NCBI RefSeq assembly: GCF_006345805.1
Contig: NW_021835433.1
Span: 1-40,019 of the forward strand
DNA length: 40,019 bases
DNA from: Octopus sinensis
Lineage: Eukaryota
Direction of reading: 5' to 3'
Of the stretch, positions 24,400-36,121 are shown one piece after another. Within the stretch, counting starts at the first letter, position 1. Each line of letters starts with the position of its first letter. Below the pieces are notes generated by a model. The model made no database searches. It was given only the letters and a program-made list of their open reading frames with translations, and was not told the DNA's origin. Both the position numbers and the translations under genes were made by a program.

Positions 24400-25312
24400 T
24401 TGGGTCGTCCCATAAATAATTAAGTTTTTTCAGTTGCATGAAATAAAAGTCGGACGTGGTCGGGATAAACAACCTGCATCAACTTGCTATAAAAGCAGGT
24501 AGTAATTTTACCGTGTCCTTATTCTTAGTGCAAGTTTTGAAGAATGCAGTTCGATTTTAACAGTTATTTTTTCAAAGCTGTAATGGAAGTGACAAAGGAG
24601 CATATTCGGCATATTTTGCTTTGTGAGTTCAAGAAAGGCAATAACACAATGGAAAGTGCGAGGAATATTAATGCAGTATGGGATGGGACAATAAACATAA
24701 GCCAGTGTCAACGGTGGTTCCAGAAATTCCGAGCCGGAAACTACAGCCTGGAAGACGAGCCTCGTCTTGGAAGATTTATAGAGCTCGACGAGGATGTCTT
24801 GCCACCCTGGTGGAACAAAATCCCATCGTAATTGTTCTGGAACTAGCAGAAGAGCTTGGGTTTGGTCATTCAACCCTTCATTCAAGTCAGCGCTGCAAGA
24901 AAAACGACCATCTTTGGTTTCAAGACAAAAGGTATTCTTCCATCAGGATAATGCTGGGCCACATATAACGAGGATGACAGTCCAAAGGCTGGAGCAGTTT
25001 TAATGGGAGACGGTGCCCCACCCACCATAAGCCGGACATTGTCCCATCTGATTATCATTTATTCTGCAGTCTTCAAAACCATTTCGATGGAAACAATATG
25101 AATTCTGTTGACGAGGTCAGAACAGTAGTGGAAGAGTATTTTCCGTCGCAGATAAGTGAATTTTGGAAGAGTGACCTTGCAAGTCTACCAGATAGATGGA
25201 AGAGCATTGTAGAAAATGAAGGAGAGTATATTTTACATTAAAAAGAACTTTGTTTATCTTAATTTTCAAAAATCTAAATATAAAAGAACCGCATTATTTA
25301 TGGGATAACCCA
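24400..25312 (+). mobile_element. Internally deleted mariner (DD34D) transposon
   Basis: TIRs TTGGGTCGTCCCATAAATAAT / ATTATTTATGGGATAACCCA, TA flank, transposase remnants inside. Confidence 0.92.
24583..25240 (+). pseudogene. mariner transposase pseudogene
   Basis: MEVTKEHIRHILLCEFKKG...CQRWFQKFRAGNYSLEDEPR (HTH region), FHQDNAGPH, PHPP*..PDIVPSDYHLF; WVPHEL and first catalytic Asp region deleted; stops and frameshifts. Confidence 0.9.
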
Positions 25313-25782
25313 TATTTTGGATGGGATATTGTGTTTCCTTTTCTTTTTATGCAAACTGTCAAATTTAATTTATAAAAGTCAATATATTAGTAATTGCTTA
25401 CTTACGTATTGTTTTGTTTATCCGTCTTCTGTCACCGTGTTTACGATTTATAGTATTGTGACTGGTATTCCGGGTACAAACACTTATGTTTGTATAAACA
25501 CAGATAGCATTACGTCATATTTTATAATTCTGTTTCACAACATTGAATTAGTGGTCCTGCCTTAAAGTAACAAAACTACGTAGGTACTCGACTGCTGGCT
25601 GACTAGAGAAGTTGTTTAGTTGATTTAAATATCTTTTTGGTCAGTATTTCGATTGCTCTGATTGTTTTTTTTTTTTTTTGGTTTGTTATGCATACCGAAT
25701 ACTGGTTCTTCCTTTCTTTTGTTGTTTCTCTATAGGATGCGTCTGCTTATATAACAGTTACGAAGCATATCACACACATAGG

Positions 25783-25842
<60 letters not shown>

Positions 25843-25870
25843 CCTACCTATCTATCTATCTATCTATCTA
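25783..25870. repeat. (TCTA)n microsatellite
   Basis: Direct reading. Confidence 0.95.
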
Positions 25871-25915
25871 TTTACATATAATCAATATCTCTAAATAGAT
25901 ATGTATATATTTATA

Positions 25916-27127
25916 CAGGGTCTTGCAGATAAATTGAGACCAATTTTAAGCAGTTGAATTAGTGGGTTTAATATTGCATTTTTTGACAAATCTTGTTTGC
26001 TTCAAAATCTAATCTTTCTCTATATTTTTCAGGTAAATAGCGAACTGATTCGACAACAGAAAGTCATGGAACAATAGAACGTTCCTCCATCGTTGTTTTG
26101 GCGCACACAGGGCACACTGTCAATAAGTTGACAAAACCTCCAAAAGTATCAGTTTATCGCGTGTATAAACAATTTAAAGAGAGAGAAAGGTTGATAGAAA
26201 TTAACACAAGACACTAATTGATTCCAAGTGCAATCCAAATTTTTCGCTGGCCTCAAACGCTTGATTGAAGCCAGACCATCCACAGCTCTTGCAACGAAAT
26301 ACAATGTATCCCTTTCTATTTTGTCCAAAGCTGTAAACAGGAACCTTGGCATAACTAGCTATGTTTGATTATGCCGTCACCGCCTAACAGCCAAAGCCAA
26401 AAGCAATCGAAGACTTGAAATGCCCAAAGTTTCTGTCATTTCTCAGCATCAAGGTGCAAGAAAAATTCACGTGTTTATGGACGAGAAGAAATTCACTGTG
26501 GACGATGAGGTGAAACGCAGAAATTCTCGAGTGATTGCATACACCCACTGTGTTTGAGACTAAGAATCGTGCTTCTGGAGCCGTAGTGAGTGATGGAAGT
26601 GTCATGGATCCACACTTCAATGAGTTTAGCTTGAAGACCGGCACAAAGGAATATCTTGACATCTTGAAGAGCTCTCTGTTACCTTGGATGGAGCAGAAGT
26701 TTGGGCTTGACAATGCGGTGCTTATCTGGGATTCTGCACCATGTCATTAGCCAAAAACAGCACAGGCCTTCCTTGCTGAGAAGGTGCTATTTTTTGTGAT
26801 CCTAGATCTCAACCTTCTCTGTTACTTTTTATGGGGTGTACCTCAAGCAAAGACTAATGCTTCACCACACTCGAGTGTCAACAATTTGAGGAACTGCATC
26901 GTGCCTGGGTCACACAAAGTCAAAAGGGGCGGAGCTGTGGCAGTAGCAAAAATATTTCGTTCTAATGTGGATGCAGTAGTTGCCCAAAAGGGCAGCCATA
27001 TTGAATGATAAATGTTTTTACTGTAATAAATATTACATTAAAATTATATATGCCTACTACCATTATTTTAGTATTTATAACCAGTTTTATGCATCGTAAA
27101 AATTGTCTCAGTTTACCTGCAAGACTG
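25916..27127 (+). mobile_element. Near full-length decayed DD37D (maT)-like transposon
   Basis: TIRs CAGGGTCTTGCAGATAAATTGAGAC / GTCTCAGTTTACCTGCAAGACTG with TA flanks; motifs VFMDEKKFTVD, YLDILKSSLLPW, IWDSAPCH, DLNLLCYFLWG. Confidence 0.88.
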
Positions 27128-27754
27128 TATACAAACACACACACATTTCTATATTCGTATATACGTTTACGCATACTATGTACACACACATATATACATA
27201 CATAAACATACATAAGCAAATATATGCGTGTTTGTGTGTGGGGATGTCTGTGTGTGAATGTTAAATCAATATAGGAAAATAACATCCTCCCTTGCAAACT
27301 GTGGTATTTGAAGTCTCTGAGCATTTCGCTTACTTTTCGCCTGATGCTCATTTGTAGGCTTTATAACAATTAAAGTGTGACACTTCTGTCGCACAAACGC
27401 ATGCTTCTAGTTTACGTCACAATATATAGATTCAAGTAATCCGGTAGTACTCGTAAAAAAAAAAGCTCCTTAATGTATCATTGTACAAAGCATATAGAAT
27501 ATATAATATGATACAAGAGAAAAGGATAAGGAGTATATAAAGTCATAAATGACAGAGAAATAGTTTCAGGAAATTTTTTTTAACAATAGCAAAATTCTAA
27601 TAACACGACAAATTGTTTCGTAACTTAAAAACTTGTGAATAATTTATATTATTATATTTAACGATAAATAAATTACTTACATGTTTGATGTCGTAGCTTA
27701 AATTATGCATTATTTTGGAGGATCTTTTGCATTTTCCATTAATGCAGACATTGA

Positions 27755-27861
27755 CACCGAAAGTCGACTAGGTGGAATTTGAACTCAGAACGTAAATTCT
27801 GACGATATGTTGCTAAGCTTTCTGTCCGGCGTGCTAACGATTCTATTAACGCGTCGCCTTA
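27755..27861 (-). mobile_element. SINE family B head, degraded
   Basis: AAAGTCGACTAGGTGGAATTTGAACTCAGAACGTA...GTGCTAACGATTCT. Confidence 0.75.
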
Positions 27862-27879
27862 GAATATACTGTAATATTG

Positions 27880-28055
27880 TTTGCTACGATAGGCACAAGG
27901 CCTGGAATTTGAAGGAGGGGATTAGTCGATTACATCGATCCTAGTGTACAAATGGCTCTTAATTTATTAACCACAAAAGGATGGAAGTCAATCTTGGCTT
28001 CGGCAGAATTTGAAATTGAAACGTATGACAGACGAAATACCGCAAACGATTCTTC
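27880..28055 (-). mobile_element. SINE family B, degraded
   Basis: ATAGGCACAAGGCCTG...AGTCGATTACATCGA...CAGACGAAATACCGC. Confidence 0.75.
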
Positions 28056-28270
28056 GAGAATATGCAGCAATATTACTGTGAAAAATTGCTGTGCTTATCA
28101 GAATTGGTAAAATACAGAGCAAATCAGCTTCGATATTTTGTTAGGTCCATTACATTCTGAGTTCAAATAGCACTGGTAGTCAACTTTACTGACTTTCGTT
28201 CTAATGATTGCAATGGGTGTTAAACTTGCTGTGGTAGTTTTTCGTTGATGGCATTATTACTGTTGTTGTA

Positions 28271-28474
28271 AAAGCGGCGAGCTGGTAGAATCATTAGCAC
28301 GTTGGACGAAATGCTGAGCGGTATTTCGCCTGTTGCTATGTTCAAATTCCGCGGTGGCCGACTTTATCTTTCATCCTTTCGAGGATCGATAAAATAAGTA
28401 CCAGTTGAGCACTGGGTTCGATGTAATCGACTTACACCCCTCCCCCAAATTTTAGGCCTTGTGCCTATAGCAGA

Positions 28475-28530
<56 letters not shown>
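28271..28530 (+). mobile_element. SINE family B with (ATT)n tail
   Basis: GCGGCGAGCTGGTAGAATCATTAG head, TTCATCCTTTCGAGGATCGATAAAATAAGTACCAG, GGCCTTGTGCCTATAG tail. Confidence 0.88.
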
Positions 28531-28531
<1 letters not shown>

Positions 28532-28692
28532 GGCGGCGAGTTGGCTCAATCGTTAGCACGCAGGGCGAAATGCTTAGTGGTATTTCGTCTGCCGCTACGT
28601 TCTGAGTTCAAATTCCGCCGAGGTCGACTTTGCCTTTCATCTTTCCGGGGTCGATAAATGAAGTACCGGTGAAACACTGGAGTCAATGTAAT
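28530..28692 (+). mobile_element. SINE family B, 3'-truncated, directly after the previous copy's tail
   Basis: AAGGCGGCGAGTTGG...GAGTTCAAATTCCGCCGAGGTCGAC. Confidence 0.88.
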
Positions 28693-29364
28693 CGTAATGA
28701 TTGTTTCCCAATTTCGAATCATGATCACCGTTATTCAGATTTCTGTCGGAAATTGTCTCCCTATAACAAATTCTAATATATTTGCATCCACCCATTTACA
28801 CCACCCAGAACTCATACACATTCCAAAATCTTCGGTTCTCTAATTACTTTGTCCACCTACGCGTACTCAATTCAGTCAACCGTGAAACCAGGTTTCTGAC
28901 TGATTCTCCATCGCTCTATTTGTCTGTCTGTTTATTTCTTTGTCTGTCTGTTGGTCTGTTTCTCTGTCTCTACAGTCACTCTCTCTTTTCCCCTCTGTCT
29001 GCTTGTTTGCCTGTCTCTGTTTGACTGTCTGTCTGTCAGTCTATCAGCCTGCCTGTCTGTCTGTCTCTCCTTCTCTCTCTCCTTCCCCTCTCTCTCTCAC
29101 AAACACACACATTCAAATACACATACATACAACCATGCACACGCATATACACACCCTCATTCATATTTATTTGTTCCCATTTTTTCTTACCCACATTTTA
29201 GCTCTGATACTTCCATTTTTCTGTTTACCTATCAGCCGTTCATCTCATCTCATCACTCTCTCTCTCTCTCCCTCTCTTTCTCCTTCTCTCTTTCTCTTTT
29301 TTCTCTCTCTCTTTCTCTCTCTCTCTCCATTTCTCTCTCTCTTTCCCTTTCTCTCTCTCTCTCT

Positions 29365-30585
29365 AACTTTCAAGCAGGATCTAAAAGCTGTCAGAGAAAA
29401 ACTCCAACATCAGAAGAGAATAACCGAGAGAAGAACAATAAAGAAAAAATTTAACCGGAACTGGGCAGCAGTATACAGAGACATGAGAGGAGGAGCAGTG
29501 AACATCACAGAAACTCCTTCACGAGAAGACAGACTCTTTCTGGAGGTAAATCTGGAGTGAAGAGGTGTTTAACCAAGATGCTCTGTGGCTGGAAGAAATC
29601 TGAAGAAGTTATTGCTTTTGCTTTACATCCAAGACATACAACATCGATGGTATTACCCTTGTAACTGTGATCCAGAAACTTCAGGGTGGAAAAGCACATG
29701 GAAAAGACTTGATTGTTGGATATTGGTACAAAAAGCTAACCTTCTACGGACCATATCTTATCAATCTGTACCAGCAAGCTCTCAATGGGAACAGTAGCAT
29801 ACCGTACTGGCTAGCTCTGGCAGAGTCAACATTGATGCCCAAATGCAGAACCACACAAATGGTAAAAAGCTACCGGCCAATTGCATGCGAGAACTTAATG
29901 TATAAGATATATACAGCGTGCTTAAACCTCTTTCTCCAGGACTTGGAAGCACTCCGTCAGTTACGACGACGAGGGTTCCGGTTGATCCGAATCAACGGAA
30001 CAGCCTGCTCGTGAAATTAACGTGTAAGTGGCTGAACATTCCACAGACACGTGTACCCTTAACGTAGTTCTTGGGGATATTCAGCGTGACACAGAGAGTG
30101 ACAAGGCCGGCCCTTTGAAATACAGGTACAACAGAAACAGGAAGTAAGAGTGAGAGAAAGTTGTGGTGAAAGAGTACAGCAGGGATCACCACCATCCCCT
30201 GCCGGAGCCTCGTGGAGCTTTAGGTGTTTTAGCTCAATAAACACTCTCAACGCCCGGTCTGGGAATCGAAACCGCGATCCTATGACCGCGAGTCCGCTGC
30301 CCTAACCACTGGGCCATTGCGCCTCCACTCTCCAGGACTATTGTGAAGCCAACATCATCACAACAGAACAAGCAGCTGGGGAGAAGGGAGATTGGGGATG
30401 TACCGAGAAATTGTGAATAAACAAAACTGTGATGCCAGAGGTGCGAGAGCATAGGAGGAACCTAGTTTCAATGTGGCTAGACTACAAGAAAGCCTTTGAC
30501 TCTGTTCCCAACTCACAGATGCTAGAAGCCCTTCAACTTGCTAAAGTTCCAGTGAGAATAGTCAAAGCCATAGTTCACCTGATTT
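29365..30585 (+). mobile_element. R4/Dong-clade non-LTR retrotransposon RT fragment, interrupted by a SINE
   Basis: AHGKDLIVGYWYKKL, YRPIACENLMYKIYT, EQAAGEKGDWGC, MWLDYKKAFDSVP; frame rejoins when the SINE and one TSD are removed. Confidence 0.85.
29944..30328 (-). mobile_element. tRNA-Arg-like SINE family C, tail type 2, with 11-bp TSD
   Basis: Head GGAGGCGCAATGGCCCAGTGGTTAGGGCAGCGGACTCGCGG; TSD TCTCCAGGACT at 29933-29943 and 30329-30339. Confidence 0.92.
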
Positions 30586-30693
30586 CCTCGTCGATATATA
30601 CAAATACATGTGTATATATGCATTCATGTGTGAATGTATGTATATATGAGTGTGTTTATATGTGTGTGTGTTTGTGTGTGTGTGTTTGTGTGT

Positions 30694-30730
<37 letters not shown>

Positions 30731-31159
30731 ATGAATTTTGAACTCGCACCGACGTCGAGCTGCCCTGGTATCACATAAAATTGTGCGCCTTTATCACAGA
30801 ACGGACAGAGTGAGAATAACAGAACAACTTAGTATTCTGACTAATAGGGGATTTAGTATTGATTTATGCCGCATGATGTGTCTATCTTTAGGCACATTAC
30901 CAAACTGACCTTTTAATGTAGAGTTCTCACAGGCCGAACCCCATGAAAATCTCTCCACAAGAGCACCAGTTGTTATAATGAATTTCTGGAATATAGTTGA
31001 GTCATCGATCTGTATCTACGAGAACTTGGTGAAGTTAAAGGAGCAGTAGAGTAGAAGAGGTAAAAAGAAATAAGCATTTGGAAGCTTAATGGCAAGCACG
31101 CTGGTCGAGTAGGCACGCTGCAGCCGTGCTAAGATGGTGCCTTAAAGATGAAGAACATA

Positions 31160-31671
31160 GGCGCAGGAGTGGCTGTGTGGTAAATAGCTTGCTTACCAAC
31201 CACATGATTCCGGGTTCAGTCCCACTGCGTGGCAACTTGGGCAAGTGTCTTCTACTATAGCCTCAGGCTGACCAAAGCCTTGTGAGTGGATTTGGTAGAC
31301 GGAAACTGAAAGAAGCCCGAATGTCTCTACCCTCATACTTTCTTGGGTTGAATTGAGCAAGCACTATATGAGAGAGGTTTTCTTTAAGTGTTAGAAATAG
31401 TTTTTTTAGCTGCTATTTCTAACGAGTTCAGTATGCGGCAAAGTAATTTAATTTAATTTATTTTACTAAGCCCTTTTATATAATGTAATAATTTGAATTT
31501 GCCTTAAATGGTCCCTTTGCATACTGAATACTTGGTGAAATTGATTAATTAATTAATTAATTTTACCCTCAATTGTTGAAATTATATATATATACATATA
31601 TATCTAAATATATACATATTAATATATATATATATATGTGTGTGTGTTGTGTGTGTGTGTGTGTGTTTTTG

Positions 31672-31702
<31 letters not shown>

Positions 31703-31908
31703 GTGGCTGTGTTTGTCCTCCCAACATCGCTTGACAAGCCGATGATGGTGTGTTTACGTCCCCGTCACCTAGCGGTTCGGCAAACAGAGACGGATAGAAT
31801 AAGTACTAGGCTTACAAATAATAAGTCCTGGGGTCGATTTACTCGACTAAAGGCGGTGCTCCAGCATGGCGGCTGCAGTGAAAATAACTGAAACAAGTAA
31901 AAGAGTAA
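31160..31908 (+). mobile_element. SINE family A with ~270-bp foreign insertion in its central slot
   Basis: Head 31160-31319, unrelated sequence ~31320-31590, (TA)/(TG), then tail to 31908. Confidence 0.85.
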
Positions 31909-32478
31909 CTAAATATCCAGCTAAATCAGAATTCCAGAAGAGTTCCAAAAGACAAGATAGTGGAACTCGCCCAATTTAATTGCATATAGCGTCCTAAGGC
32001 GCTATATGCAAAGCTCACTTTCTCAATCATTCTGTCTGTCTATCTTTCTATTCGGATCTCTTCTTTTTTTAGAATGCACTTCTCCTTCTTTTCCCACCCT
32101 GTTACATTTCTTTCTGTTTTGAGATCTCATCCAAGTTCTCAGTACTTTGTGTAACTGTCTGTTATTTCTCTCCTCTTACCGGAGCTATTGTTCGAACAAC
32201 TAACTTTCTGAAGCTACATTTTCTAGTGTTGCACGTGTGTAGTTATTTTGTGTTGTTTTCTTGTTTTATTTAGACTACAAAAGAAGACTTTTTTCTTCTC
32301 TTCGTCCCGTCTGCGAAAACTCTAGATATCATCTTCAGCGTAATATACCCTTATAAAACTTTCTAATGGTTGCCAGAACGGGCAACAGTTCTGTCAACAA
32401 GCGTCGAAAGTGTAGTGAGCCCACGTAGACAGTTGAGGAAGGCAATTTTCACATACATACATTCATACACATATACAT

Positions 32479-32535
<57 letters not shown>

Positions 32536-33091
32536 ACGGAGATGTACTCGCATAGCAAGTGACTTGATCTGAGATCGTGTGCTGAAACAAAAACAATTGC
32601 AGCGTGGAAGATGTTTGTAAGCCATTCCAGAACACACAAAGACCGTTAGATTCAAATCAACATTTAAATTTAATTTCTGCCAAAATATTTTCGTCGCGTT
32701 GAAACCGCGACCTGTTCACTGACAAAACGATGCAGCACGATGCTTTGTCAGTGAACAGGTTGCGCTTTGAAGGCGACGAAAATATTCTGACACAAATTAA
32801 ATATAAATGTTGAAGTGAAAGTTATGGTTTTTGTATTTTCCTAAATGACTTACAAAGATCTGCAATAGTTTATGTGTGTATATATATATATATATATACA
32901 GCACGGACTTTGTCAGTGAACAGGTCGCGGATTTTAGCGACGAAAATATTTTGACAAACTGAAATGTTGAAGTGAATCGAACGGCGTTTGTGTGTTTCTT
33001 AAATGGCTTATAAACACCTTCCACGCTGCAATTGTTTTCGTTTCAGCACACGATCTCAGATCAAATTACTTGCTATGCGAGTACATCTCCG

Positions 33092-33092
<1 letters not shown>
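32536..33092. mobile_element. Penelope pLTR-like inverted-repeat structure in (TA)n, with three hammerhead variants
   Basis: Arm 32536-32726 is an imperfect reverse complement of 32909-33092; an extra partial copy lies at 32744-32820. Confidence 0.8.
32909..32958 (+). ncRNA. Minimal type I hammerhead-like motif with G3-C8 core variant
   Basis: TTTGTCA-GTGAACA-g-GTCGC..GCGAC-GAAA-ATAT-TT/TGACAAA; sister copies at 32678-32726 (-) and 32744-32792 (+). Confidence 0.7.
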
Positions 33093-33146
<54 letters not shown>

Positions 33147-33300
33147 TATAATATATATATATATGTACACATAGATATGTATTCATAAATGTATGCATGT
33201 GTATGATTTTGTGTGTGTTCATATATGCACGTATATTTATTACGTTTATGTATATATGTATCTATACACATATATGAAAATGTATATGCACATTTCTGTT

Positions 33301-33342
<42 letters not shown>

Positions 33343-33455
33343 ATGAATGCGCGCGTGTGTAACATATATACAGGGTGGACCAAAATTCAAGCACAAAATA
33401 AGTTCAATATGGTCCGGCATTTAAGTTTTCTGAAATTTAATAAAAAAACCAAAGA

Positions 33456-33674
33456 CGAGTGGGTGTTAAAAAGTTCCTGACTTTAGGTAAAAGAAAATAC
33501 AGGAAGATGAGTTAATTATGACTTTATTCAACATGTTTCCTTCTCAGATTCACACGCATATTGCACCAGGCCTTCAGTTTTTTTTCTAAGTCCTGTGAAA
33601 GAACTCAGAAGGCTAGGCCTCTAACCAGGTATTTCACGATACTCTCGAAAGAAGGACCTTTTCAGCACTCCTCT
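33456..33674. mobile_element. mariner-type MITE (nested)
   Basis: Imperfect TIRs CGAGTGGGTGTTAAAAAGTTCCT / AGGACCTTTTCAGCACTCCTC. Confidence 0.7.
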
Positions 33675-33708
33675 TAAAATAACGAGGACTATTCAACGTA
33701 TTTGCAAA

Positions 33709-34222
33709 TATATATATATAAAACTGTAGTTGTGTGAGTGTCTGTCCCCTTCGAATTAGATTCCTAACTCCTCCCACATTTTGCGGTGCAGTTTAACCAA
33801 ACTCGGGTATCTTATAGTCGTGATTAATATCGAGCCCGTCTGGCTATTAGCGCGCGTCTACGATGAGTCTACGATTTAAAAAATAATTTAACATCATTTT
33901 TTATTCCATTTTAATGCATAATTTTTCGGTGTCGATGGCGGCGGAGTTGGCGTCCACGCTCAAACACCTGCACTGTGTTTGCTTTCCCCCTTCTTCCCTC
34001 CCTCGTGAAGCTGTGGGGAAGGGAGTTTAAGGAAATCAACGTCGTAAAGCGTTGTCAAGGAGACCAGCGTTCTTTTAGAACAACGACTTCATGGCTTGAA
34101 GACACCAAAACAGAAATGGCTAAGAAAGCCCGAATTGGTATCTATAAGGGAAGTAACTCTCTAAAAATGCTTATATAGTTATTTCCCTTACAAACCCGAG
34201 CAACGCCGGGCGATACTGCTAG
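33709..34222 (+). mobile_element. Non-autonomous Helitron (nested)
   Basis: 5' TATATATATAAAACTGTAGTTGTGTG..; 3' GC hairpin CCCGAGCAACGCCGGG followed 8 nt later by CTAG|T; canonical 5' TC not visible. Confidence 0.85.
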
Positions 34223-34394
34223 TGATGAATAAAATGAGTAATAATGATTATAAATAAAATGATAAATGTTTCGGTGCGTGAATTTTTGCCCACCCAGTAC
34301 TTTGCTACGCATTTATACGAATGTAAATGACACACACACTCTCACACACACTCACTAACACGCACAAATTCCCACATACGCACTTACATATATA

Positions 34395-34545
34395 TAGTTG
34401 AAAATTATAGAAAAGCATAAGACCAAGTCAGGTGTATAGACAACAATTAAGTGTATTAATTTCATGCTCGCGAAGGTGAGAAAGTCTTTTACGGTTCGAG
34501 CCCACGCTCTTCAGCAGAAAGGAACACGATGAAATAAATAGAGAG
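34395..34545 (-). mobile_element. Penelope pLTR-like fragment with variant hammerhead (34486-34521)
   Basis: Minus strand CTTT-CTGCTGA-a-GAGC gtgg GCTC-GAAC-c-GTA/AAAG; homologous to 20210-20390. Confidence 0.65.
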
Positions 34546-34633
34546 AGACACACACACGCGTACACATACTATAATCCAGTAGTTGCAAACGTTTATGTAA
34601 AAATCTATACTACACATTGTTATTATCGGTAAT

Positions 34634-34643
34634 TATGATGGTA

Positions 34644-34674
<31 letters not shown>

Positions 34675-34696
34675 CGACGACGACGACGACGACGAC

Positions 34697-34740
<44 letters not shown>

Positions 34741-34897
34741 CGACGACGACGATGATGATGATGATGATGATGATGACAGTGAAGAGGATGGAGAGAATGA
34801 TGACGATGAAAATGCGAGGAGAGTTATATTAATAATAAAAATGATGGTGACGATGATGATGATGATGACGACGACGACGACGATGATGATGATGATA

Positions 34898-34928
<31 letters not shown>

Positions 34929-34960
34929 CGACGACGACGACGATGATGATGATGATGATA

Positions 34961-35008
<48 letters not shown>

Positions 35009-35620
35009 ATGGTGATGATCATGATGATCATGATGATGTTGATGACGATGACAATGATGATGATGTTGGTGGGGTTGGTTTTTGTTGGGGTGATGGTGGT
35101 GATTGTGACGTTAATAGAGGCGGCGGTGGCGGCGGCGACAATGGTGAAGATGACAATGAAAATAACGAAAATGGAGAGGAAGGAGAGGATGGAAACAATG
35201 AAAATATAAAGGAGTCATATTAATAATGATGATGATGATGATGGTGACGATGATGACGATGAGCACGACGGTGATGACGATGATGATAATGATGACGATG
35301 ACGACGACGACGACGATGATGACAATGTGAGGTGGGGGAGGAGGAGAGTGGATGATGATGATGATGATGATGATTGCGATGACGACCACGGCGACGATTA
35401 TGAGGACGACGAAGATGACGACAATGTTGATGTGGAGTAGGAGGGGAGGGGGATGATGATGATGATGATGATGATGATGACGGCGATGACGACTATGTTG
35501 AGGACGAGGAGGAGGATATGGAGGGGAACACTGATGATGATAATGATGATGATGATGAAGACAACACTGACGACGATGAGGAAGACGATGACGACGACGA
35601 CGATGACACGACGATAATGA
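34634..35620. repeat. (GAT/GAC)n low-complexity region
   Basis: Direct reading. Confidence 0.92.
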
Positions 35621-36080
35621 TATACATGTATGTCCTTTCATTGTTATTGTGTGTCAGAGTGAGGAAACGAATCAGCTACTCGGACCATCAGCGGCACGAA
35701 AATCCCCACGTCCAAATCATTACGGAGGCACCAACATACACACACACTCTCGCAACACCCACGCACACACTCGCGTGCACGCACACACATACGCACGCAT
35801 AGGCACAACGTGTCACAAATGAAGAGAGCGTGGTAAATAATTGATTGACCACTGGTCAAATAAATTAAGGCAAACGTTGATTACTACATTACGACAATTA
35901 ATATTATTTGGTGTTTTGTTTTCGATTTTTTTTTGTGTGTATGAGTATGTGAGTGTGTGTCATTAAGACCGCTTGCATCAAATGATATGACATTGTTAAT
36001 GTGTGTGTGTGTGTGTGTATTATATAATCTATAGATGAATATGCTCAAAATGTTTGAATTGTATTAATGAAAACACACCG

Positions 36081-36082
<2 letters not shown>

Positions 36083-36121
<39 letters not shown>

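Larger units (their letters stand above)
33371..34297. mobile_element. Tc1/mariner-type MITE hosting two nested insertions
   Basis: TIRs CAGGGTGGACCAAAATTC / GAATTTTTGCCCACCCAG, TA on both sides. Confidence 0.7.

Noticed and set aside
24583-24831. SETMAR-like host gene
   Set aside because: Lies within TIRs, has no SET domain and is broken by stops and a deletion; plain mariner remnant
30740-31150. Possible L1/Tx1 3'-end remnant
   Set aside because: Only a vague impression from broken frames; no motif I can name
34617-35641. Poly-Met/Ile/His/Asp ORFs
   Set aside because: Translations of (GAT)n repeats
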